DNA of 32,000 bases from Candidatus Saccharimonadota bacterium (GTDB lineage Bacteria; Patescibacteriota; Saccharimonadia; Saccharimonadales; UBA4665). The first letter of the stretch is position 1. The number at the start of each line of letters is the position of its first letter. The stretch is from the NCBI GenBank assembly GCA_016699955.1, contig CP064993.1:780001-812000 (forward strand). Reading direction: 5' to 3'. The position numbers and the translations under genes were made by a program. Under the pieces are notes generated by a model. That model made no database searches. It was not told where the DNA came from and saw nothing but the letters and a program-made list of their open reading frames with translations. Below, piece by piece: positions 1 through 8,171 of the stretch.

Positions 1-944
1 AGCAGAGAAAACTGCCGCTTTCCCTCGTTGCCTGGGTGGGTGTTGCCGTATTGGTAACATTACAGACAAAATACGCATTTTTCCCGGCGGCGTTAGGCGC
101 GGGGCTGTATATGATTGGTTACTTAACCAGGCAAACCTATCAGAAACGCTTGCGTTGGTCGAGTATCTGGCAGTCTTGGCGAACTGACGCCTCCAAAGGT
201 TCTGGCGCTGTGGCTGTTGGGGTACTGCTTCTTACTGGGGTACTGTTTGTTCAGCGGTATGGGATGAATTACCTGAACTACGGCAGCTTGGTTCCGGAAT
301 GCCAGGTTGTTTTAAGCCATGAGCGTTGTCTTGGCTTTGCACCCTATGGACGTGATGCCGACATACGAGAAAAAGGTTGGTACAAGACAATAACTCAGAA
401 GCAGCGGCTAACATATCCATACAAATGGTATGAAAAAATGATCTACGAATCATACTTTGCGGTCGGGCCGAAAGAAATTGCGTATCCAGTTGCAGAACCG
501 TTGCCCGTTCCTTACACAGCGGGAAAGATAGTCGCAGCGCTGGGAGCTCTGACAATATTACTGCGCCTGCCCTGGATACTCCGAAAAAACATATACGCCC
601 AGCTACTCTTTGCAGTTACGGGCACATATGTTGTATTTTTATTTCTCAAAAACTATGGTGCGTTTCTTGCAACGGCAGTTCCTCTCTCAATTCATGGGCG
701 CTACGTCTTGCCCTTCTTGCCGCTCGCTGGCTACCTAGTATACATCGGCTTGCGGCCACTTTTGCGTAAGCAAAAAATGCAGACCGTTTCCGCTGTAGCA
801 GTTTCTATACTTCTTCTTGCAAGCTTGTGGGGCGGCGGTATGGCAGCTTACATTATCCGTTCGCAGGATACATGGTATTGGCCGACAATGCAGCCTATCA
901 GCCGTGTCGTCCGCAGCGTCGTAGCGCCATTCATTTTGAAATAA
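1..944 (+). CDS. C-terminal part of a polytopic membrane protein, candidate GT-C/DUF2142-like glycosyltransferase; 5' end lies outside the window
   Basis: The frame of ORF 36-944 stays open back to base 3. There are multiple hydrophobic helices and a GRYVLPFLPL-type motif near the C-terminus. It lies next to a GT2 polyprenol-phosphate glycosyltransferase-like gene. Product assignment is weak. Confidence 0.55.
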   Translation, partial: QRKLPLSLVAWVGVAVLVTLQTKYAFFPAALGAGLYMIGYLTRQTYQKRLRWSSIWQSWRTDASKGSGAVAVGVLLLTGVLFVQRYGMNYLNYGSLVPECQVVLSHERCLGFAPYGRDADIREKGWYKTITQKQRLTYPYKWYEKMIYESYFAVGPKEIAYPVAEPLPVPYTAGKIVAALGALTILLRLPWILRKNIYAQLLFAVTGTYVVFLFLKNYGAFLATAVPLSIHGRYVLPFLPLAGYLVYIGLRPLLRKQKMQTVSAVAVSILLLASLWGGGMAAYIIRSQDTWYWPTMQPISRVVRSVVAPFILK

Positions 945-953
945 CCCAAGCAC

Positions 954-975
954 CCACGCATTTCGCACTTTAACC
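954..975. repeat. Left terminal inverted repeat of IS copy 1 (CCACGCATTTCGCACTTTAACC)
   Basis: Reverse-complement match to 2015-2036 with a single mismatch at position 16. Confidence 0.85.
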
Positions 976-1037
976 CCCAACCTGCATAATTAGTAGCAGG
1001 GCGTTAGCCCTGCAAAACTAAGCAGGATAAAATAAAC

Positions 1038-1337
1038 ATGTCTCGATCAAAATGTTCTCGCGATCTGTATTGTGCTTTCTTGGAAGTAACAGCAGATAGA
1101 TATTCAGCATTGTCACTGAGCGAAGTTGCTCCAGATGGATCGACGCTATCACATGACAGCATCTCTCGTTGGCTTGCAGACGAAAAGGTACAGCCCAAGG
1201 ATCTGTGGCAGGCTGCTAAGTCTGAGGTAGCCTCTAAACCTGGTATCCTTGTCTTTGACGATGTAGTCATAGACAAAAGTCGTAGTGGTAAGACTGAATT
1301 AGTAACTGGCAGTATGCCGGCTCAAAGCACGACATAA
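1038..1337 (+). CDS. Transposase N-terminal frame (orfA-like, 99 aa) carrying the first catalytic Asp region (LVFDDVVIDKSRSGK)
   Basis: ORF track. Homology continues in the -1 frame from about 1298 (NWQYAGSKHDITKGIGVVNALW). Confidence 0.75.
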   Translation: MSRSKCSRDLYCAFLEVTADRYSALSLSEVAPDGSTLSHDSISRWLADEKVQPKDLWQAAKSEVASKPGILVFDDVVIDKSRSGKTELVTGSMPAQSTT

Positions 1338-1390
1338 CTAAAGGTATTGGTGTAGTTAATGCCTTATGGCAAACCAGTAAAGAAGACTAC

Positions 1391-2020
1391 ATGCCGATGG
1401 ACTACCGTATATGGAATCCGTCGGAAGATGGCAAGACTAAAAACAACCATTTCAGGGATATGCTGACAGCTAAAACAGCGTCAACTACGCCTGAAATGGT
1501 TGTTGCCGACAGTTGGTATTCCAGTTTAGATAACCTTAAAGCCACTCGCTCTCATGGCTGGGATTGGGTGATGGGGTTACGTAGTAACCGTTTGGTCAAC
1601 AAACCACATGTACAGATTAAAACCCTCGAGATACCAGATGAAGGTCTGGTCGTACACCTCAAAGGATACGGATGGATCAAGCTATTCCGGTTCGTGACCA
1701 AACACGGTCGCACGGATTACATTGGTACTAGCAAGCTCGATCTATCCAGGAGCCAAGTCAAAGAGTACTTTGAAAGACGTTGGAGCGTCGAAGTGTTGCA
1801 TCGTGAACTCAAACAAACCTGTGGTTTTACTCGCTGTCTGGCCAACACTGGCCGAGCACAGAGAAACCACATTGGGCTCTCTATGCTCACCTGGATACAA
1901 AGACACAAGAGAAGACAACAAGACAGGCTAAACAATATACAAAACAGCATGTACCAACAAAAGTGGGAGGTCATAAAACCGAGCATCCAGCTAGCGCTGG
2001 CTGCTCGTATGCGTGGTTAA
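1391..2020 (+). CDS. Transposase C-terminal frame (orfB-like); frame is open from 1298, first ATG at 1391
   Basis: ORF track. ADSWY (second Asp) and RWSVEVLHRELK (Glu/Lys) motifs are present. The sequence is nearly identical to the partial copy at 31523-32000. Confidence 0.8.
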   Translation: MPMDYRIWNPSEDGKTKNNHFRDMLTAKTASTTPEMVVADSWYSSLDNLKATRSHGWDWVMGLRSNRLVNKPHVQIKTLEIPDEGLVVHLKGYGWIKLFRFVTKHGRTDYIGTSKLDLSRSQVKEYFERRWSVEVLHRELKQTCGFTRCLANTGRAQRNHIGLSMLTWIQRHKRRQQDRLNNIQNSMYQQKWEVIKPSIQLALAARMRG

Positions 2021-2036
2021 GGTGCGAAATGCGTGG
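2015..2036. repeat. Right terminal inverted repeat of IS copy 1 (GGTTAAGGTGCGAAATGCGTGG)
   Basis: Reverse-complement match to 954-975. The same sequence ends IS copy 2 at 31507-31528. Confidence 0.85.
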
Positions 2037-2088
2037 CACCCTTGAAAGCGCTAATAGCGGTACTGACACTGAGCTGGGGTTGACGTAG

Positions 2089-3057
2089 CTACTTTTTAGG
2101 GTAGCGGAGTCGCTTGACGTCTTCGTAGGTTTTTTCCTGAGTACCTTGCAAACGGACAAGCATGTCGGCAACGAGACCGAGTGACCAGAAGAATATGCCG
2201 AGTGTTGTCAGGTACAGTCCGGCTATACCAAAAGCTTTGTATGGTGAAATACTGCCGGTCTGGAACCAGTGCCAACCTGCAATAGACATGCCAATCGCCC
2301 CAAGGACAAATGGGATGAAGCCGACAGAGAAGAAAAAACGTAATGGGGCGAAATCGCGGTAGGCACGCAGTATATTTAGGCTGCTGATGGCGATGTAGCT
2401 AACCAGGCTTTTGACCACCCGAGATTTGCGACCTTTATAGTAGGTGACATGAGTCGGTATGGTTGTTATTCGCATACGTTTAGCGGCGATAATCTGAAAT
2501 GACTCCTGAGTGTAGGTGTGGGTACTGTTAAGATTGAGTGCAAATAGTGCTCGGCGGTTGTAGGCGCGAAATCCGCAAGTAACATCATTGAAGCGTTGTT
2601 TTGAAAAATTACTAATAACACGGGCGCCCAGTTTGTTGCCGTAGTACTTACCAGCCGGCATGTTTTCTGGACGGCGCTGCCGATTTGTTTTGGGGTCAGT
2701 AAAACGGTCGGCGGCGACAAAATCTGCCTCGTTTTTAACAATGGGTGCTACGAACTGCGGTATATCTTCCGGCCTGAACTGCAGGTCGCCGTCTATGTTG
2801 ACGAGCACGTCTGCGCCGCGCTCTAGTGCTATATCGATAACTTCTCGAAACCGAAACGCCAGTCCTTTGCCAGCTCCGTCGCTGTAAACCACCGCTCCAG
2901 CATTTTTGGCGATTTTGGCAGTGCCATCTGTGCTACCATCATCCACAATGCAGACCTCGAGCTCACTGATACCGGTATATTTTTTTGGAATGCGGCTGAT
3001 GAGTTCAGCAATGGTGTCGGCCTCGTTTTTGCATATTGAAACAACAACTAGTTTCAC
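2089..3057 (-). CDS. Family 2 glycosyltransferase, polyprenol-phosphate sugar transferase-like (GtrB/ArnC-like) with C-terminal TM helices
   Basis: N-terminal VVSICKNE...DDGSTDGT...DGDLQF motifs with two C-terminal hydrophobic helices. GTG start at 3057 with AAGGAG 8 nt upstream. Confidence 0.88.
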   Translation of the reverse strand: MKLVVVSICKNEADTIAELISRIPKKYTGISELEVCIVDDGSTDGTAKIAKNAGAVVYSDGAGKGLAFRFREVIDIALERGADVLVNIDGDLQFRPEDIPQFVAPIVKNEADFVAADRFTDPKTNRQRRPENMPAGKYYGNKLGARVISNFSKQRFNDVTCGFRAYNRRALFALNLNSTHTYTQESFQIIAAKRMRITTIPTHVTYYKGRKSRVVKSLVSYIAISSLNILRAYRDFAPLRFFFSVGFIPFVLGAIGMSIAGWHWFQTGSISPYKAFGIAGLYLTTLGIFFWSLGLVADMLVRLQGTQEKTYEDVKRLRYPKK

Positions 3058-3190
3058 TTGTTTGGCTCCTTATCTTCCCTCATGATAGCATATTATCTAC
3101 CTCTAATTTATCAACCCCCACGAATAAGGTATAGCAGCCCCTCCTATTGAGTGAAACGAACCGGTGCGAAGCGCCGGCTTTAGGGGGTAG

Positions 3191-3222
3191 AAAAAAGCCC
3201 CGAATTTACTTCGGGGCTTTTT
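3191..3222 (-). terminator. Bidirectional-looking intrinsic terminator hairpin (distal copy)
   Basis: 8-bp GC-rich stem GCCCCGAA/TTCGGGGC, 5-nt loop, A-run on one side and T-run on the other. Confidence 0.6.
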
Positions 3223-3291
3223 AGAAGGGGCAAGCCCCTTCTACTAATTGAGTGAAACGAACCGGTGCGAAGCGCCGGCTTTAGGGGGTAG

Positions 3292-3323
3292 AAAAAAGCC
3301 CCGAATTTACTTCGGGGCTTTTT
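3292..3323 (-). terminator. Intrinsic terminator of the RRM-protein gene (proximal copy)
   Basis: Same hairpin as 3191-3222, about 25 nt downstream of the stop at 3349-3351. On the minus strand the stem is followed by TTTTTT. Confidence 0.75.
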
Positions 3324-3348
3324 AGAAGGGGCAAGCCCCTTCTACTGC

Positions 3349-3660
3349 TTAATAGCGGCGGTCGTTGTAGCCACCGCGGTCGCCACCGAAGTCACGGCGT
3401 GGAGCGCGTGGTTCTTGTGGGCGAGCCTCGTTGACCACAATGGTGCGGCCGTTCATTTCGGTGTTGTTCAGCTTGGCGACAGCTGCTTTTGCAGCCTCGT
3501 CGTCGTCGAACTCAACGAAACCAAAGCCCTTTGAGCGGTTGGTGTCGCGGTCGATGATGACCTTAGCTGATGTAACTTGGCCGAACTCTGCAAAGAGATC
3601 AGCAAGCTGTGTGTCGTCCACTGACCATGGCAGTGAACCGACGAATAATTTGGTTGCCAT
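3349..3660 (-). CDS. RRM-type RNA-binding protein with a Gly/Arg-rich tail
   Basis: RNP2 LFVGSL and RNP1 KGFGFVEF motifs. C-terminal RRDFGGDRGGYNDRRY. Confidence 0.92.
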   Translation of the reverse strand: MATKLFVGSLPWSVDDTQLADLFAEFGQVTSAKVIIDRDTNRSKGFGFVEFDDDEAAKAAVAKLNNTEMNGRTIVVNEARPQEPRAPRRDFGGDRGGYNDRRY

Positions 3661-4181
3661 TAAATGGAACCCTTTCTTTCGGTTGTCGCTGAAGGTAATC
3701 CCGAAAGAACGGTCTTAGCTGCGCCTTGCATCGAACATAACTTATTAATCTTTCTAGAACCTGAATTGCCGGGCTTATGACCGGCCACCCCTTTTTCGCA
3801 GCCTTCTAGTACGTGGAAGCATAGCACTAATTATCAGATAATACAATCAGTTACCCATTTCGTACTTTGAACTCATGCATTTTGTACTGACTCACCGTAC
3901 CATAAGTACGGCTCCCCCCGTGATTTAAGGAGAAAATGTGTGATGAGTTCAAAGTGCGTTCACAAAAAATATTGGCAGACTACGTAGAGCCAAAAAAATG
4001 TTGTGAATAATCCGCGGTAAAGTTGTCAGAGATAAATTGCTCATCTCGGGTGAAATATTATATTTCTGTAATCTAGCTCTCAGACAAACATGAGGGTTTT
4101 GGCGTATGTTAGAGGTAAAGCGTTTAAACGTAGCGCCGAAACGCCCAAATCAAATTAATTTCGTTGAAAGGAACTCTCGCC

Positions 4182-4361
4182 ATGAAACGATTACCACATG
4201 TCAAACAACTAAAAAGGCTTAACATCCTTCGTCGTCCGATTGCGGTCCAGGATTTAAAGGCAGAAATAGGCAGCGAAGACTACAACGATACATGGCTGCT
4301 TGAGGCCGAAAAAATTCAAACTAAACGCCTCCGTCGTTTTCGCCAACAGCTGGCCAGTTAA
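4182..4361 (+). CDS. Small basic hypothetical protein (59 aa from the ATG; the ORF track begins at TTG 4164)
   Basis: ORF only, with a weak GAAAGGA upstream. No recognisable domain. Confidence 0.3.
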   Translation: MKRLPHVKQLKRLNILRRPIAVQDLKAEIGSEDYNDTWLLEAEKIQTKRLRRFRQQLAS

Positions 4362-4444
4362 ATTCAGCTCCAGATAAGCACCACCGGTTATCTCTACGCT
4401 CGACCGTAATGAGCGAAGCGAACGAGCCGAAAGCCCTGTTCGGG

Positions 4445-5074
4445 TTAGTGTAGAACGTCTATGACGAGAGGTGTGGCACGGTTCCACATGGTGTCTATGT
4501 ACAGAAGAGGCATGGAAGTACGGTCGGAAATAGCAAAGCTAAGCTGGCCGGTGGCGGATTGCCCGGGACGAAGATCTTGCGGTAAAAGTGCTTGCCGTAG
4601 TCTTGAGCTTGGGTAGAGGGTAGCGTATTGCCCGTCGGTGGTGCGAACGTAGAACTGGGTGACTGGTATGAGTTGTTGGTCAGTGGTTGTTTTGTTTGTA
4701 ACTGTAACATCCATAATTAGCAGAGTTTTGCCAGGATCTATCGGAAAGGCACGGTCTTGCTCTGTTTTTGTACCGACGTTGCTTACGCGGGCGCTTAGCG
4801 CAAAGTTGTGAGCTGTTTGCAGCGATGTGCTGCTGGTAAGGTTGGCTACCGTTGTTGTGACGCGGTTTTCTTTATCGTAGCGCCGTGCGGTGTATTGTGC
4901 CCAAAAAAGAGTGTTTACGACTAGTAGCGCTACAATTGCTGCTACAAAGACCCCAAAAAGTAAGTTGTTTTCATCACGAAACTTTTCAAATCGTTTATAT
5001 TCACGCTTTAGCTTGTTGGCTTCGTGCTCGATGGCGTCTTCAATCTTCTCTATCGGTGTCTCATGTTTTTTCAT
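4445..5074 (-). CDS. Membrane-anchored DUF4352-like protein
   Basis: Charged N-terminus, then a single TM (LLFGVFVAAIVALLVVNTLFW), then a beta-rich domain with the pattern LLIMDVTVTNKT...FYVRTTDG...GQSATGQLSF typical of DUF4352. Confidence 0.7.
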   Translation of the reverse strand: MKKHETPIEKIEDAIEHEANKLKREYKRFEKFRDENNLLFGVFVAAIVALLVVNTLFWAQYTARRYDKENRVTTTVANLTSSTSLQTAHNFALSARVSNVGTKTEQDRAFPIDPGKTLLIMDVTVTNKTTTDQQLIPVTQFYVRTTDGQYATLYPSSRLRQALLPQDLRPGQSATGQLSFAISDRTSMPLLYIDTMWNRATPLVIDVLH

Positions 5075-5104
5075 GCACTTCCCTTCTTATGTGTTGTCGT
5101 TTTC

Positions 5105-7573
5105 TTATGGTTTCGTTGCATCATAGTAGCCTGCCCTGTACGCATTCAGCGTTGTATTTGAATTTTGCTTGGTGTTGGTTGCGTGATTGCGGCTACCCAC
5201 CCCAGAAAGATTTGTGCCGGCAATAAATGCGGCAAAATCCTTGGCGCCGCAAAGCGCTGTTGCAGACGAAGCGCCTGGCAGCAGGTTTTGCCGTGATCTA
5301 TGCCAGCCATTGTTGAAGTTTGTAATGTTGTATACAGATTTATTGGAAGCGCTTGCCGTAGAAGTGTTGTAACTCCAGCAGTCGGTAAGGCTTGTGTGGG
5401 TGTTTAGGTCGGCGGTGCTGTAGCAGGGCGTCAGGCCTGCGCAATACACGGCGGCGTTTACCGTAACGCTGGCAGTATTACTTGTAGTGCTTCCGCCGGA
5501 ATTGCTACAGGTAAGAGTAAAAGTGTAGGTACCAGCAGCTGCCAGGACAACAGATTGCGAACCACCGCTCGGTGTTTTACTTCCGCTCCACCCCGTACCG
5601 CCCGCTGTGCAGGACGAGGGGCTGTTTCCTGTTGTCCATGCCACGGCTGTGCTGCTGCCCGCAGTAATAGTGCCCGGTGATACGCTAACACTTACCGTTG
5701 GGGTGGCGATGACGGTGATTGTTGCCGAGGCACTGCCAGACCCGACTGCGTTGTTGCACGACAGGCTGTAGGTGTATGTTCCAGCAGGAGTAGGCGACAA
5801 CGTGGTGGTTCCGCTGGCACTTTTTGCTCCGCTCCAGCTTCCGCTGGCGGTGCACGAGCTTGGACTATTTGTGGCCGACCAGCTGAGTGTTGAGCTGCCT
5901 CCTGTTCCTATGGACGTTGGGCTGGCGCTGATGGATACAACTGGCGGATTTGTCGCCCCGCCAGAAGAAGCCGTAACGCTCGTGCTCGCAGTGCCGGTTC
6001 CACCAGCGTTGGCGCAGGATAATGTGTATGTGAAAGTTTGTGCTGTGTTGAGTGCCCCCGTACTTTGCGTGCCACTGCTCGCCTTTGCTCCGCTCCAGCT
6101 TCCGCTGGCGGTGCAGCTGGTGGGGCTATTTGTGGCCGACCAAGTTAAGTTTGAGTTGCCACCTACCGAAACCGAAATTGGGCTTGCACTGAGCGTAATG
6201 ACAGGCTTGGGTGGAGTAGAAACCGTGAGCGGAACATTATTTGCGTAGCCTGTGCCACCAGCGTTCGTGCAGCTGAGATTGTAGGCATATGCACCGGCAT
6301 TCAATGCCCCTGTACTTTGCGTGCCACTGCTCGCCTTTGCTCCGCTCCAGCTTCCGCTGGCGGTGCAGCTGGTGGGGCTATTTGTGGCCGACCAACTTAA
6401 GGTCGAAGACTGCCCCGATATTATGCTGCTTGGATTGACGGTCAGTGACACATTGGGCGGGCTAGGCAGCACTTGAACTGTGGCGGAATCGTCAATAGTA
6501 CCCGTTTCATTCGAGCAGGTAATGGTAAAAACATATTCTTTTATAGTCGACAGATTACTAATTTGTTGGCTCCCGCCCCCAACGGCTTTTGTACCACTCC
6601 AGTCACCACTGGCCAGACATGAGGACGGTGAATTCTCGGTTGTCCAGCTCAAGGTTACGCCGGCGCCAGGCTGAATTGGCCCAGGGGGGGTGCTCGCCAA
6701 AAAAACAACTGGGCTTCCAGGCGGCACTGTTTGCACGGTGAGTTTTGCGCTGATTGATTGGCTGGAGCCTGCGGTATTTTTACATAACAGTGTATAGGTA
6801 TAGGTTTTCGCAGTAATCAAAGTTCCGGTACTCATGCTACCAGAACCCGCTTTGGTTCCGCTCCAGTCACCGCTGGCTGTACATGACGATGGGTTATTGG
6901 TTGCTTCCCATGTGATAGTCGAACTGTCACCGGCAAAGATTAAGTTTGGTTTAGCAGCAATACTCACTGCGGGCACCCCAGTTGTGGCTGTAGACGTGCT
7001 ACCAGGTGCGGAGGTATTTGGTGCTGTTACACTCACAGCCACTGTTTTAAATGCGGTTCCCGTCGCGGTTTTGCAGGTTAGTGTGAACAAGTAGTTCTGT
7101 ACGCTGCTAAGTGTTTGCGTTTGTTCGCTCCCTGTTGTCTTAGACTTTTCTCCGCTCCAGTCGTCACTAGCTGTGCACGTGTTGGGGCTATTTGTTACTG
7201 TCCATTTCAGAGTGCTTTTTTGTCCCTGAACCACGGAGGCTGGTTCGGCGGTGAGTTCTATCGAGGGGGCATTCTTCCCTGTTGTTCCGCCAATTCCGAC
7301 AGCGACCCCGCCGCCCGGTAGTGAGGCATTGTTTTTATCGACACCACTGCTTTGTGGGAGATTGGCGTCTAACCCGTGTTTCTTGCTGAAGTCGGCGTTG
7401 TTGCTCTGCACGGTAAATACTGCGAAGCTGACCATACTGGCAATCATAATGGTCGATATGACAATTATCATCATCTTAGTGCCGCGCGGCCCAAAATGAG
7501 GAAGCTTGTCTCGCCAACTGCCGAGGGGCGTCTTGGGGGCGTTAAACTCGACGACTACCGGTTTAAAATCCAT
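5105..7573 (-). CDS. Anchored surface protein: N-terminal TM, Gly-rich spacer, seven ~84-aa Ig-like repeats, C-terminal cytochrome-b5-like domain
   Basis: TM at aa 34-56. The repeats share L.W.(A/T)TN.P.SCTASG.WSG.K...Y.(F/Y).L.C.N..G with two Cys each. The C-terminus (aa 708-822) aligns with the b5 pattern (H..(T/S)DCW...VYNIT.F...WH...CG.D...NHATN). The start overlaps the upstream stop (TAATG). Confidence 0.85.
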   Translation of the reverse strand: MDFKPVVVEFNAPKTPLGSWRDKLPHFGPRGTKMMIIVISTIMIASMVSFAVFTVQSNNADFSKKHGLDANLPQSSGVDKNNASLPGGGVAVGIGGTTGKNAPSIELTAEPASVVQGQKSTLKWTVTNSPNTCTASDDWSGEKSKTTGSEQTQTLSSVQNYLFTLTCKTATGTAFKTVAVSVTAPNTSAPGSTSTATTGVPAVSIAAKPNLIFAGDSSTITWEATNNPSSCTASGDWSGTKAGSGSMSTGTLITAKTYTYTLLCKNTAGSSQSISAKLTVQTVPPGSPVVFLASTPPGPIQPGAGVTLSWTTENSPSSCLASGDWSGTKAVGGGSQQISNLSTIKEYVFTITCSNETGTIDDSATVQVLPSPPNVSLTVNPSSIISGQSSTLSWSATNSPTSCTASGSWSGAKASSGTQSTGALNAGAYAYNLSCTNAGGTGYANNVPLTVSTPPKPVITLSASPISVSVGGNSNLTWSATNSPTSCTASGSWSGAKASSGTQSTGALNTAQTFTYTLSCANAGGTGTASTSVTASSGGATNPPVVSISASPTSIGTGGSSTLSWSATNSPSSCTASGSWSGAKSASGTTTLSPTPAGTYTYSLSCNNAVGSGSASATITVIATPTVSVSVSPGTITAGSSTAVAWTTGNSPSSCTAGGTGWSGSKTPSGGSQSVVLAAAGTYTFTLTCSNSGGSTTSNTASVTVNAAVYCAGLTPCYSTADLNTHTSLTDCWSYNTSTASASNKSVYNITNFNNGWHRSRQNLLPGASSATALCGAKDFAAFIAGTNLSGVGSRNHATNTKQNSNTTLNAYRAGYYDATKP
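5453..7264 (-). repeat. Intragenic array of seven ~252-bp coding repeats
   Basis: Protein periodicity of 81-86 aa. The DNA block 6060-6143 is identical to 6312-6395. Confidence 0.9.
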
Positions 7574-8154
7574 TACAAATTGTCTCGCTTAAGTTTTTCT
7601 GATTGTGCCATAAACGGAATAGCGCCCCCACTCCAGCTCGATTCAACGTAGAACTTATAGGAGGCGTTTTTTGGGACAAGGTAGCTCAACTGGCCTTCAG
7701 TAGACTCACCCGACAAAACACTGCCACTATGGAATGGATTTGCGAGGTCGTACGGCGTTACATAGCTGACTACGCCTGAGTTTGTTTTTATGTAGGTGTC
7801 GGTAGTCGGGAAAACGTTAAGTGGTTTTTCGCCGTTATTGCGCACATTGAGCGTCAGAACAAGATATTCGTAGCCGCTCCGCGCAATGAAACGCCCAGTG
7901 CCTGGTTTATGGTGAATATCGCTGACGGTGATAGTCGTTGTGCCGGTGGTAATGGGTTTGCCTGCCACTAACCCTGCAAAAGGCACGCGTATACGCTCGC
8001 TTGCAATCGAACTGGCGACCTCAAGAATAAGAAATGATACCATGAGCATTACTATGCTTAGTCCAAACAGCCAACGTTCCCAATTTCGTCTGGGACTGTG
8101 TTTTTCATCTAGTGTTTTTACTTGGGATTGGTTGTTACCTAATTTATTATGCAT
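7573..8154 (-). CDS. Membrane-anchored DUF4352-like protein (paralogue class of 4445-5074)
   Basis: Single TM (WLFGLSIVMLMVSFLILEV) followed by YEYLVLTLNVRNNGEKPL...GESTEGQLSYLVP. Confidence 0.7.
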   Translation of the reverse strand: MHNKLGNNQSQVKTLDEKHSPRRNWERWLFGLSIVMLMVSFLILEVASSIASERIRVPFAGLVAGKPITTGTTTITVSDIHHKPGTGRFIARSGYEYLVLTLNVRNNGEKPLNVFPTTDTYIKTNSGVVSYVTPYDLANPFHSGSVLSGESTEGQLSYLVPKNASYKFYVESSWSGGAIPFMAQSEKLKRDNL

Positions 8155-8171
8155 AGTTTAAATCTCTTTTT

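Larger units (their letters stand above)
954..2036 (+). mobile_element. Insertion sequence copy 1 (1083 bp), DDE transposase of the IS4/IS701-like superfamily; family unresolved
   Basis: Terminal inverted repeats at 954-975 and 2015-2036 match 21/22. CAC is present on both flanks (951-953 and 2037-2039). The right boundary is confirmed because identity with the second copy stops exactly at 2036/31507. The transposase shows DDVVID, ADSWY and a Y..R...E......K-like block (YFERRWSVEVLHRELK). Confidence 0.88.
3146..3347. repeat. Tandem direct duplication, 2 x 101 bp; 100 of 101 positions identical
   Basis: 3146-3245 is identical to 3247-3346. Each unit carries three hairpins: CCGGTGC-GAA-GCGCCGG, GCCCCGAA-TTTAC-TTCGGGGC flanked by A6/T5, and AGAAGGGG-CAAG-CCCCTTCT. 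Confidence 0.95.

Noticed and set aside
3146-3347. CRISPR-like array
   Set aside because: There are only two directly abutting 101-bp units, with no spacers and no cas genes. This is a tandem duplication.
3936-4010. 24-codon ORF MCDEFKVRSQKILADYVEPKKCCE after AAGGAG
   Set aside because: The spacing from AAGGAG to this ATG is only 3 nt. An alternative ATG at 3943 gives just 14 codons. The start region lies inside the predicted stem-loop, so there is no support beyond the ORF itself.
5772-7499. Plus-strand ORFs (up to 158 aa) opposite the 822-aa repeat protein
   Set aside because: They are repetitive mirror-frame products of the Ser/Thr/Gly/Ala-rich repeats (LPLAV.. motifs repeat with the same 252-bp period). 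There is no independent coding evidence.
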